From an uncultured Methanomicrobiaceae archaeon (GTDB lineage: Archaea; Halobacteriota; Methanomicrobia; Methanomicrobiales; Methanoculleaceae), in the NCBI GenBank assembly GCA_963826525.1, contig CAWGXH010000005.1, positions 64,001 through 128,000 on the forward strand: 64,000 nt of DNA, given 5' to 3'. A program made the position numbers and the translations under genes. Below are positions 1 through 10,403 of this stretch, piece by piece (positions within the stretch are counted from its first letter, which is position 1; every line of letters starts with the position of its first letter). The notes under the pieces are model-generated. The model did not search any database and was not told the origin of the DNA. It saw nothing but the letters and a program-made list of their open reading frames with translations.

Positions 1-396
1 CTGGCGGCGGGCAGCCCGGATATCACCGCGCTGCTCTATTTCCTCTTCTTCTATCCCTGGACGCTCGCACACCTCGCGGTCAACGACATGGCGGATATCA
101 CAAACGACAGGGTCAAGGGGATGGCGACGATCCCGGTGCTCTACGGGATGGACGGCGCGGCACGGTGGGTGCTCCTCTTCACGGCGGTTCACGGGTTCCT
201 CGCTATTATCTTCGCCGCGGCCCTCGGCCCGATCGCCGCCGGCGGATTCGCTCTCGGCTTTCTCCTCCTCCTCGTGGCGAACTATCGTATCCTGAAAGGG
301 AAGACTGCCGATGCGGCGATGCGGGTGCTCCCGCTCTTTCACGCCTCCCTGCTCATCTATATCGTCGCGATCATCGCCGATGCCGTGGTTCCGTAA
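1..396 (+). CDS. UbiA-family prenyltransferase, C-terminal part (5' truncated by window)
   Basis: ND..D...D...G..TIPV.YG aspartate-rich motif followed by hydrophobic helices. Confidence 0.8.
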   Translation: MAAGSPDITALLYFLFFYPWTLAHLAVNDMADITNDRVKGMATIPVLYGMDGAARWVLLFTAVHGFLAIIFAAALGPIAAGGFALGFLLLLVANYRILKGKTADAAMRVLPLFHASLLIYIVAIIADAVVP

Positions 397-485
397 GACC
401 GATGCCCTGCGGTCGCGAAATCTCAAATGGAAACTCTATAAGTATTTCTTTAGCCTGCATACCCCGTATGAAGGACGTAATCGGC

Positions 486-1113
486 ATGAAACCGTCTCAC
501 CTGAAACTGATCCTCCTGACGCTTGCTATTCTGCTCGGTATTGGCCTCTGCCTCACAGCGGGCTGCACATCGAGCCCGACGGAAGGGCCGGTAACGACGA
601 CGACTCCGACCGCGGCGCCGGTCGATGAAACCACGGTGCCGACAGCAGAGGCGGGATTCCTCAGCCGCCGCTGCGGTTACCTGCTACCGCAGTCGCCTAC
701 GAAAGCCTGATCGCGCTCCTGCCCGCCGCACCTGCCGGCTGGACGGGAGACGAGCCGGTCGGCGGGAGCATGACCGCTGCCGAAGGGCAGTGGAGCTCGC
801 CGCACGTGACTACACCAAGGGTGATGCAACGGCGGCGGTCGTTATCCAGGACTCCGCCTACCAGGAGGTCGGGCAGTGGGCAGTTTGGGATACGCTCACC
901 TCGATCGAAACGACCGAAGGCTACTACCGGCAGGGGCACGACCGGTGGCTATCCCTCGTGGGAAGTCTACACGAAAGCCGGCCTCCTACGGCAGATGGGT
1001 CGGGGTGAACGACCGGTTCATCGTTATCGTCAGTGTCGAGGACGGGACGACAGCAGGACCTCGAGGCGTTCGCGAGCGCGATCGATTACCAGCGTCTCGG
1101 GAACCTGGGATAA
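486..1113 (+). CDS. Putative lipoprotein, frameshifted
   Basis: MKPSHLKL...LTAGC lipobox-like signal and Thr/Pro linker; the coding signal continues across frames to IDYQRLGNLG*. Confidence 0.55.
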
Positions 1114-1326
1114 TCCCGGGTTCTCCCTCCTCTCCCGTCTCGCAGCTCTGTTCCCGCCGCACGCCAGGACCGCAAGTTCGGACAGAACCCTTTTGTTATC
1201 TGTTTCCATGCGGGGTGGGTCGACCGCATCCGCGAGGCATGTGCCATACCTCGATCTGTTGTCTCGTTCGCGACAAACCCTTTATGAACCCTCGTGGTCA
1301 ACCATACTGCCAAGCGGAGGGAGAGC

Positions 1327-3574
1327 GTGAAGTCACTATTTCATCTGATCGCCGGGCTGATCAACCGCAGGCCTCTGGCAGTCGCGGCAGTCTTCATGCT
1401 CGTCTTTGTCATCGCATTGTACGGCATGGGCCAAACAACGATGCAGACGGGCAGCGATACCTACATCGATAAGGACACCACGCGGGGTGCTCTGCTCGAT
1501 ACATATACGGATACCTTCAAATCCGACGCGGTGATGCTGCTCATCGAGTCCGACAGCATCCTCGACCCGGAGAACCCTGGCATACCTCGACGCCCTCCAG
1601 GCGGACATCGCCCGCGGACAGCACGTCACCGGAACATCGAGCATCGTCGATCTCGTCAAGCAGGTCAACGGGGGCGTGCTCCCTACCTCGGAAGCGGATA
1701 TCATCCGTGCCAAAGAGCGTGTCCCCGCGGAACAGCTCGCCCGCTTTGCCCCGTCGAACCTGATGACGGTCGGGATCGTCACGCTTGAGCCCGGCCTCAC
1801 CGAGGAGGTCAAGACGGAGGTGCTCAACGATATGGAGTCGCGGATACGCCTCTCCGATACACCGCCTGGCGTGCAGGTGACCGTATCCGGGGATGCCGCG
1901 TTCAGCAAGCAGATGAGCGATGAGATGAGCACCAGTATGGGCGTCCTCATCGGGGCGGCCATGCTGCTGATGGTGCTCGCCGTCGCTCTCCTCTTCGGCC
2001 ACGTCCGCTACCGGTTCCTGCCGGTCTTCGTTGTTGCCGCCGGCCTTATCCTGACGTTCGGGATCATGGGGCTTGCGGGCATCCCGATCAGCATGGTGGT
2101 CATCGGTGCGTTTCCGGTGCTCATCGGTATCGGGATCGATTACGCCATCCAGTTCCAGTCCCGTTTCGACGAGGAGATGCAGTCCTCGACGATACCGCAG
2201 GCGGTCGTCACCACCGTGGCAAACTCCGGCCCTGCCATCTTCTACGCCATGGTGGCAACCTCGCTCGGGTTCATCGCCATGTGGATCTCGCCGGTGCCGA
2301 TGGTGCGTGACTTCGGGCTGATATGCGTTATCGGCGTTGTCAGCTGTTATCTCTCGGCGCTTATCATCGTCCCCACCTTCGGCACCCTGATCAAGTACCG
2401 TCCGAAAGCTACGGGAGGGGTCGCTGGCGGTGCGAGCATGGAGGCCTACGACCGCCTCCTTGGGAACATTGCCGGAAAGATTGCGAAGAACCCGATACCG
2501 CTCATCGTCATCCTCGGCGTCGTTGCCGTCGTGGGCGTCCAGCTCGATAGCCGGATCCCCATCAACTCCGACGAGGAGTCCTTCGTCCCCTCCGATATGC
2601 CGGCAGTGATCGATCTGCACAAGGTCTCGCGGGTGATGGGTTCGACCGAGAGCATGCCGATCTTCGTCCGCGGCTACGGGGTGACGGAGCTCGACGGCCT
2701 CGAATGGATAAAAGAGTTCCAGGATTACGAACTGGCGAATAACGACAAGATCACGTCGGCCACCAGCATCGTCACCTACGTCCTGCAGTACAACAACGGC
2801 ACCATGCCCGCGACGGATGCCGAGGCTGCCGAGGTGCTCGGGCGCATACCGGAAGCGACGCGGGATCAGTATATCAGCGGCAACACCGAGGCGATCATCG
2901 AGTTCGGGCTCGTGGAGATGGAGAACGATGTTGCTCTCTCGCTCGTGGAGCGGATGAATACGGATATTGCATGGATGAGTCCGCCGCCGGGCATCACCGC
3001 AACCCCGACCGGGATGCTCGAGATGTTCACCAACCTGATGAACGATATCGCGAAGAGCAAGACCACGATGACCCTCCTCGGATTCGGGCTGATCCTGCTC
3101 TTCCTGATCTTCGTCTACCGGAGGTTCACTGCAATCTCGCCGATCATCCCCATCATCTTCATCGTCGGCTGGAACGGTGCAATTATGTTCATCCTAGGAA
3201 TCGACTACTCGCCGATGACGGCGACCCTCGGGTCGATGACGATCGGCGTGGCCTCGGAGTATACGATCCTGATCATGGAACGGTACCAGGAAGAGCGCAC
3301 ACGCGGCAGGGAGAAGGTGGAGGCCATCCGGCAGGCCGTGCAGAAGATCGGAACCGCCATCACCGTCTCGGGTATGACCACCGTCTTCGGGTTCTCCGCC
3401 CTGCTGCTCTCGTCGTTCAATATCATCAAGAACTTCGGCGTGGTGACGGTCATCACCGTCGGGTTCTCGCTGATAGGCGCGATCCTCGTGATGCCTGCCG
3501 TCCTCTCCCTGATGGGGCGGTTCTCGAAGAGTGCCCCGGCAGGGGCGGTGCACGAGGAACAGCCGGCCGCATAA
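1327..3574 (+). CDS. RND/MMPL superfamily exporter (HAE3 type), frameshift near 1575
   Basis: Two repeats of periplasmic loop plus TM bundle; GIGIDYAIQF and GVASEYTIL motifs. Confidence 0.88.
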
Positions 3575-4124
3575 CTCTTTTCTGTTCGCGACGGCCGGCA
3601 GTCGCGGCGAGGCCGAATGCCACCATCCATGTCGTGGGTTCCTGCTGTTGTGAGATGGGAGGGGGTGCACCTGCCTCGTCCGGTGCGGTGTTGAGAAAGA
3701 GGGCGTATGTCCCCGACTCCGCAAGAACCGCTCTGACGGATCGGGCATCGGTGTTCACCGCGGCCGGAATGGCGACCCACCCAAGCGAGGTGTTGTACCG
3801 TCTGACGGGGAGATCTCCGCCCGTGTCTGGCTGCCACGCGTCCCCGTCGAGCGTGATTCGCAGCGTCGCCGGGGGATCGAATGCGAGGCCGTCGGGCTCG
3901 ATACGGTATCCGTAGCCGATATACGTCCCGGCAGTCGCGAGCACCTCCGCCCGGTTGAGGGAATCGAGCCGTATCGCGTCGTCTGTCGTGCCGTCATTGC
4001 TTCTCACCGTCCCGCCGGATGGGATCGAGAAGGATGCTGCATCATCGCCGGAGACGATCCGTTGGCCCGATGTCGGCGGAACTGCAACGCCCGCGATGAC
4101 GAGGCTTGCGAGGAGCAGATGCAT
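3453..4124 (-). CDS. Secreted/cell-surface protein with beta-sandwich domain; true 3' end uncertain (probably near 3575)
   Basis: Hydrophobic N-terminus; YRIEPDGLAFDPPATLRI...GW......V...ESGTYALF pattern typical of methanogen surface proteins; short hydrophobic plus basic tail. Confidence 0.5.
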   Translation of the reverse strand: MHLLLASLVIAGVAVPPTSGQRIVSGDDAASFSIPSGGTVRSNDGTTDDAIRLDSLNRAEVLATAGTYIGYGYRIEPDGLAFDPPATLRITLDGDAWQPDTGGDLPVRRYNTSLGWVAIPAAVNTDARSVRAVLAESGTYALFLNTAPDEAGAPPPISQQQEPTTWMVAFGLAATAGRREQKRVMRPAVPRAPPLPGHSSRTAPSGRGRQASRGSRLSARTRR

Positions 4125-4175
4125 ACCGGTAGCAAGGAGACTCCCAGTTATGAGCCGTACTGAAAAAAGGTGGGG

Positions 4176-6894
4176 TTATTGGGTCAGGGCGCCGAGGCTG
4201 CCCGAATCCCGCATAAAAAGCCAGTAGCCTTTCATCGGGACCATCGTCTGGTTTTCACCCTGTGCTCCGGTGGCACCATTGATGATCACCGGTTCGTACT
4301 GCTGATTCTCGGCATCGTATCCGAGCAGGTAGACCCAGTTGTCCTCGACCGATTGCAGGGTCTCGTTCGCCGACCGGGGCTGCGTGTCCGCAAGTCCGAT
4401 ACCGCTCCAGCCTTCGGCGAGATCCTTGCTCGCAGGAACGTTCACCGGGTAGGTGCTGACGCTTAAGGTGACGTTTGTCGTTTCGTTCGAGTAGACCCAG
4501 TAGGCATCGAGCACCTCGAGAACGGTGTCATTCTCGAGTGTATCCCAGCCTGAAGCCTGGGTGAACCTGTAGACCTCCCGTCCAGCCATATCGACGTTCT
4601 GGAAGACGGCCTCTACCGTGTCGTTCCCTTCAGAAAGTTCGGTCGGGATCGAGATGAAGTTCCATCCCTTGTAGAGCTGGGAGCTGCATCGTCGTTACGT
4701 TGCCCCCGGTCTGGTTACCGGTCATATTCCCGGTCTGGTTACCGGTCATATTCCCGGTCTGATTTCCGGTCATATTCCCGGTCTGATTTCCGGTCATATT
4801 CCCGGTCTGATTTCCGGTCATATTCCCGGTCTGATTTCCGGTCATATTCCCTGTCTGGTTACCGGTCATATTTCCGGTCTGGTTACCGGTCATATTCCCG
4901 GTCTGATTTCCGGTCATATTCCCGGTCTGGTTACCGGCAGTCACGTTGACCATGGCGGTGACCGGTGGATTGAGCGGTGTATGATTGTTGTTGACGAGCT
5001 GCACGGAGAAGTTGTGCATGCCGGCCGTGACGTTCTCCCAGGTATAGGAGGTATTGGTGCTCACGGCGTAGGATCCGTTCTCCGGGATGGCGGGTTTGCC
5101 CTGCTCGGTCGGGATGGCGGTATCCATGTAGTAGTGAATATGTCCTTCACCGGGGACGGCTGCCTGTCCGAGTTTTTCGACAACGGTGAAGTTTGTAACA
5201 TTCACCTCGACCGTCACATTGCCGACGGAGACGGTCGATCCGTTCTCCGGCATGGTGATGGTCACGTTCGGCATCCCGGTCACGTTGCCCATGGTCTGGT
5301 TCCCGGTCATATTCCCGGTGGCGTTGCCCATGGTCTGGTTCCCGGTCATGTTTCCGGTAACATTGCCCATAGTCTGGTTCCCGGTCATGTTCCCGGTGGC
5401 ATTGCCCATGGTCTGGTTCCCGGTCTGGTTACCGGTTACGTTGCCCATGGTCTGGTTACCGGTTACGTTGCCCATGGTCTGGTTCCCGGTCTGGTTACCG
5501 GTCATGTTTCCGGTCGCGTTGCCCATAGTCTGGTTTCCGGCAGTCATGTTGCCTATCGTCATGTTTGGCGGGATGAGCACCTGGTCGATGACGTGGATGA
5601 CGCCGTTGCTGGCGTTGATGTCGGGCTGGATGATGGACGCATTATTCACCATCAGCTGGTTTGTCGTCTGGTTGAGGCTGACCGTCAGGTTCTCACCAAG
5701 CAGCGTCCGAAGCGCCGTCATATTCTGTGCCTGCGTCATCGTCTGCGTCATGTTGGCAGTCTGGTTCTGCGTCATGTTGGCAGTCTGGTTCTGCGTCATG
5801 TTGGCAGTCTGGTTCTGCGTCATGTTGGCAGTCTGGTTCTGCGTCATGTTGGCAGTCTGGTTCTGCGTCATGTTGGCAGTCTGGTTCTGCGTCATGTTGG
5901 CAGTCTGGTTCTGTGTCATGTTGGCAGTCTGGTTCTGCGTCATGTTCAGGAGCTGCTCGGAGGTGTAGTTGCCTTCGACAACATGGTACTGGAGAATTGC
6001 CGTGAGCTGATCCGTGTTGTTCAGGAGCTGATCGAGGGTCTCGTTGCCGAGCGCCTCAAACGCCGCGTCGTCCGGTGCAAAGACGGTGTACGGCCCGCTG
6101 GTGTTCAGTGTCTCGGTCAGGTTGGTAGCATTGATCGCCTGGGCAAGAATAGTCAGGTTCCCGTCCTGGTTGATCATGTCGACCAGAGTCATGTTCCCGG
6201 TGGCATTGCCCATGGTCTGGTTCCCGGTCATGTTCCCGGTGGCATTGCCCATGGTCTGGTTCCCGGTCATGTTCCCGGTGGCGTTGCCCATGGTCTGGTT
6301 CCCGGTCATGTTCCCGGTGGCATTGCCCATGGTCTGGTTCCCGGTCATGTTCCCGGTGGCATTACCCATGGTCTGGTTCCCGGTCATGTTCCCGGTGGCG
6401 TTGCCCATGGTCTGGTTCCCGGTCATGTTCCCGGTGACGCCCACGAAGATCTTCAGGGTGTACTCGGGTTCCATCTGCGTGTCATTGGCACCACCGTAGA
6501 CGAACGTGACGTTATCGCCGTCACTCACCCTTTTTTGGGCAACGCCGGCAGTGAACTGCTCGCCGTTTATCAGGTATGTCCAGTTCATCTCCGTGTTGTT
6601 CATCATACCGTTCTCGATCCCGCCGATCGAGGCGACGGCAAGGTAGCCCTGCTCTGCCGGCAGGCTGTCGGTGACTGTGTAGTTAAATCCGCCCGCTTCA
6701 GAGCCGGCCTGAAGTGCACCGAGCACCGAAACATTGCTGGCAATATAGGGCTGCGATGAATTTACCGGCGTGATGGTAAAGTTTCCACTGCTGTCCAGGG
6801 TGACATTCCCCTCTCCTAGAGACGCTGCCGCAGTCGTGGCAGGAATCACCAGGAGAAGGAGAAGACACAGATATAGGATATAATGTCGTCTCAT
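4176..6894 (-). CDS. Large secreted fasciclin (FAS1) glycoprotein 1: DUF4430-like domain, FAS1, His-containing beta domain, C-terminal surface domain; frameshift near 4680
   Basis: Signal peptide; FAS1 H1 (GPYTVFAPDDAAF), LQYHVV and H2 (NGVIHVIDQVLIP); ORF 4630-6930 joins ORF 4176-4589 via LQLYKGWNFISIP in another frame. Confidence 0.88.
4708..4937 (-). repeat. 24-bp coding tandem repeat, about 9.5 copies (GNQTGNMT)
   Basis: Repeated ccggtcatattcccggtctg(g/a)tt units. Confidence 0.95.
5275..5560 (-). repeat. Degenerate coding repeat (GNQTM/GNAT/GNVT/GNMT)
   Basis: Repeated cccatggtctggttcccgg units. Confidence 0.9.
5755..5946 (-). repeat. 24-bp coding tandem repeat, 8 copies (NMTQNQTA), inside the FAS1 domain
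   Basis: Near-perfect gtcatgttggcagtctggttctgc units. Confidence 0.95.
6188..6435 (-). repeat. 39-bp coding tandem repeat, about 6 copies (GNMTGNQTMGNAT)
   Basis: Repeated gtcatgttcccggtggc(a/g)ttgcccatggtctggttcccg. Confidence 0.95.
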
Positions 6895-7112
6895 TCTACT
6901 CCCCCCCTTGAGGAGGGTGAGGAAGGTCAAAGGAGTATATTAAGTTTTTTATAATCGCACATATATATTTTATATTGTTGGCCCGTTTGTAGTATTGCCG
7001 AATACAAAGCAGACAATTGCAGTATCCGACCCGTTGCCGGCAGCAGAGATTCCCGTGTTTGAAAAAAAAGGTGCGCCCGGTTACGGGAGCAGAGTTCTCC
7101 GCATCGGATGGT

Positions 7113-8537
7113 CTAGATCGTCTGATTGCTGGAGGTCATGTTGGTCTGATTCTCCATGGTCTGGTTGCTGGCAGTCTGATTCTGTGTCAGATTGCGGCTG
7201 GTTGCTGGGTGATTCTGGTCGCCGGCGGTCTGATTCTGTGTCAGATTAGCGGTCTGGTTCGCTGTGGTCGCCCCCAGCGTGACGTTCTCAGGTATCAGCA
7301 CTGCATCGATAGTGTGAACGACGCCGTTGCTGGCATCAAGATCCGCCGCTCCGACGGTTGCGTTGCCGACCATGATCTCTCCCGCCCTGACGGTTACGGT
7401 GAGGTTTTCACCGAGGAGCGTCTGCAGCGTTGTCGAACCCGTCGTCGTCACGTTAGTAGCGTTGGTGGCGTTTCCGCCGGTCGCCATACTCACGAGTTCT
7501 TCAGTCGTGTACTCCCCTTCCACGATGTTATACTGGAGTAACCGTAGCAAGCTGGGTCGGGTTATTGAGCAGTTCGGAAAGATTTTCCGGTGTCATAGCG
7601 CCGAAGGCCTCATTGGTCGGTGCAAAGACGGTGTACGGCCCGCCGGTATCGAGTGTATCGGTCAGGTTGGCCGTCTGGATGGCTGTTGTCAGTGTAGAGA
7701 GGTTATCGTCCGCACCGATTACGCCGACGATGCTCATACCGGTCTGGTTTGCCTGCACGGTTGCGTTCTCAGGCGGTATCAGCACCGCATCGATGATGTG
7801 GACGACACCGTTGCTTCCAGTGATTCAGTCATCGTAATGCTGGCATTCCCGACCATCAGTTCATTCGTGGTCTGGTTGAGCGTGACCGTCAGGTTCTCGC
7901 CAAGCAGCGTCTGCAGCATCGTTTCGTTCCCGGTCACATTCCCGGTTATGTTGGCAGTCTGATTCTGCGTCACGTTCCCGGTCGCATTACCCATGGTCTG
8001 GTTCTGCGTCACGTTCCCGGTCACATTACCCATGGTCTGGTTCTGCGTCACGTTCCCGGTCACATTACCCATGGTCTGGTTCTCTGCCGTCATGTTCTGC
8101 TGCACCATCTCCATCAACTGCTGTGAGGTGTAGTTGCCTTCCACCACGTGGTACTGGAGAATTACCGTGAGCTGGTTGGTATTGTTCAGGAGCTGGTTGA
8201 TGGTATCGTTGCCGAGCGCTTCAAACGCGGCATCGGTCGGTGCAAAGATGGTGTATGGCCCTCCGGTGCTCAGCGTCTCGGTCAGGTTAGTGGCGTTGAT
8301 GGCCGTCGACAGGATTGTCAGGTTCTGCTCCTCGCCGATGATCTCCACGACGGTCAGATTCCCCGTCTGATTCGCCTCCATCATACCGGTCTGGTTGCCG
8401 GTTACGTTATCCGGCATCGTCATGTTGCTTTCATTACTCATTGTGGCATTATCTTCGCCGAATACCGCCGCCGATGCAGTGGCAGATGCCATCAGCACGA
8501 TAAGGATGCCCATGCCTACTAAGATATACGATCTCAC
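7113..8537 (-). CDS. Secreted fasciclin glycoprotein 2 with two FAS1 domains; frameshifts near 7825 and 7545
   Basis: Signal peptide; two sets of GPYT(I/V)FAP, LQY(H/N).VEG and NGVVH.IDAVLIP spread over ORFs 7779-8537, 7528-7785 and 7113-7550. Confidence 0.85.
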
Positions 8538-8767
8538 GCTTGTCCCCCCTTGTAAAGGTCACCTGGGATGGTATTATTAATATATAAATTCGACCATGAT
8601 TTTTATAGAGTCCTATAAGTCCGGTTCAGGGGTGCTGTCAGTTCTTTTACCCGGGAAGCAGTGCATGTAATTGCCGGACGATTCTGCGGCTGCCGAGATC
8701 GTCGTTCACTCACCGGACGCTACTAGGGAGCAAGGATGTCTCCTGCAGGAACCGCTTTCCATGCCAA

Positions 8768-8960
8768 TGTTTTCGAAAGCCCGTTCTGTGAACTACCCCG
8801 CACCTGTTGGACGGGGCTTCCTGCTTCATTCTCCCTCTATCGAGGCAAGTCCACAGGCTCTTAGGCGCGTTCCGCACCTGAAACCCCGACAAGATTCTGT
8901 TCTTGCAGGGCAAACTTTTTGATATTGATTGCCGCGTTGCTATCGCGGTCGTGGTGAGTG
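8768..8960 (-). ncRNA. Predicted TnpB omegaRNA (reRNA) scaffold plus flanking guide
   Basis: Position at the tnpB 3' end and right end follows established IS200/IS605 biology; boundaries inferred. Confidence 0.5.
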
Positions 8961-10115
8961 CCGCAGTCGGGGCATGTCCACTCCCTATCAGAGAGCGTGA
9001 GATTTCGATGGTAATACCCACACCGATTGCAGATCTTCGATGACGGATCAAACCTCCCGATCTTGAGGATGGTCTTCCCATACTTCCGGCACTTGTATTC
9101 AAGCATCGTGAAGAACGTACTCCACGAGACATCTCCGATCCCCTGTGCCAGACACTGATTCTTCTGCATTCCAGCGACGTTTAATGATTCCACTGCAATA
9201 ACTTGGTTCTCGCTCACAACCCAAAAAGAGAGGTTGTGCAGGAAATCGTTTCGCCGGTTCGCAACAGTTTCATGGCACCGGGCGAGTCTCTGGATTGCTT
9301 TCTCCCGGTTCTTCGATCCTTTCACTTTCCGTGACACTCGCCGTTGCAGCACTTTCAGCCGCCGGAGGGAGTTCTTCAGGTAGCGAGGGTTCTCGATATT
9401 CTCTCCGGTAGAGAAGGTTGCAAAATCCTTCAACCCAACGTCAATACCTATGGTGGAACCGGTCGTGAATGGTGCTGGTTTGGGTTCCGGTTCCCCATCA
9501 TCGACAAGGATACTGACGAACCACTTCCCGGTTGACGTCACCGAGACAGTAGCATACTTCATCTTCCCAGCGAATGTCCGGTGAAAGACGGCCTTAACCT
9601 CACCAATCTTCGGGAGTTTGATTCGACCCCGATTGAAATCCACCGTATAATGCTGTGGTACCTGAAAGGATTGCACCGGGTTCTTTTTCGACTTGAACCG
9701 AGGGAACCCCTTCTTCTCCCGGAAGAACCGGGTGAAGGCATTGTCGAGGTTCTTGTTGGCACTCTGGAGCGACTGGGAGTTGACTTATTTGAGCCACGAA
9801 TGCTCTTCTTTGAGCGCGGAAAGACGGGTGTTCAGGTCGAAGCAGGAGAGTTTTCGACCTTCCTGCTCGTATGCCCGGATCTTCTGCTCCAGAGAATAGT
9901 TGTACACAAACCGACAGGCATGGATGTGCCGCATGAGGAGTGCGGTCTGCTCCTGGTTGGGATACATCCGATACTTGTAAGCCTGGAGCATACAAGGATT
10001 ATTGCGCCTTACAATAAGATGTAGTTTCCAGTAATCTCTCAAAACGTATGACGAAGGGCGGCGGGGCGGCCGTCCCCGCACCTGTTGACCGGGGTCTTCC
10101 TGCTCCGCCCCCTTC
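8788..10115 (-). mobile_element. IS200/IS605-family element, tnpB only (IS1341-like); left boundary approximate
   Basis: Right end GAAG-CCCCGTCCAACAGGTGCGGGG-TAGT-TCAC (8788-8821); a nearly identical hairpin CCCCGGTCAACAGGTGCGGGG lies upstream of tnpB (~10074-10094); no tnpA. Confidence 0.85.
8861..9991 (-). CDS. tnpB: RNA-guided endonuclease TnpB, frameshift near 9787
   Basis: MLQAYKYRMYPN HTH start; GFPRFKSKK; RuvC GIDVG, VESLN and DRDSNAAINI; CNRC/CPDC zinc ribbon. Confidence 0.92.
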
Positions 10116-10403
10116 ACCCCCGCAAGACAAAATATGCGGTTGACGTACGTCAATGTGGACTGGTTCCCGGTAATTAATGGTGACAGGAAATGTCCGTGGC
10201 CACCTATACCTGGTGTCGAGAATGTCATATCCCTGTAAGGGGTGTCTACGCATTCCTTCAAACGTGGATCTGTTCAAAAAAGGCGGAAGCACCGTTCCAG
10301 GAACGGTGGATGCCGCGATCTGATTCGGTGCCTGGATCATTCAGGCCGGATTATACCAGTACAGCGTGTTTCAAATAACCGTGGCTGTCGCCCCGCTGGT
10401 TAA

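Noticed and set aside
4708-6435. Regular short repeats resembling a CRISPR array
   Set aside because: Units are head-to-tail with no unique spacers, lengths are multiples of 3, they lie inside a CDS, and there are no cas genes.
4981-6759. Long plus-strand ORFs (592 aa, 260 aa etc.) with VMLAVWFC or HGLVPG repeats
   Set aside because: Antisense shadows of the fasciclin repeats; stop-free only because of repetition and high GC.
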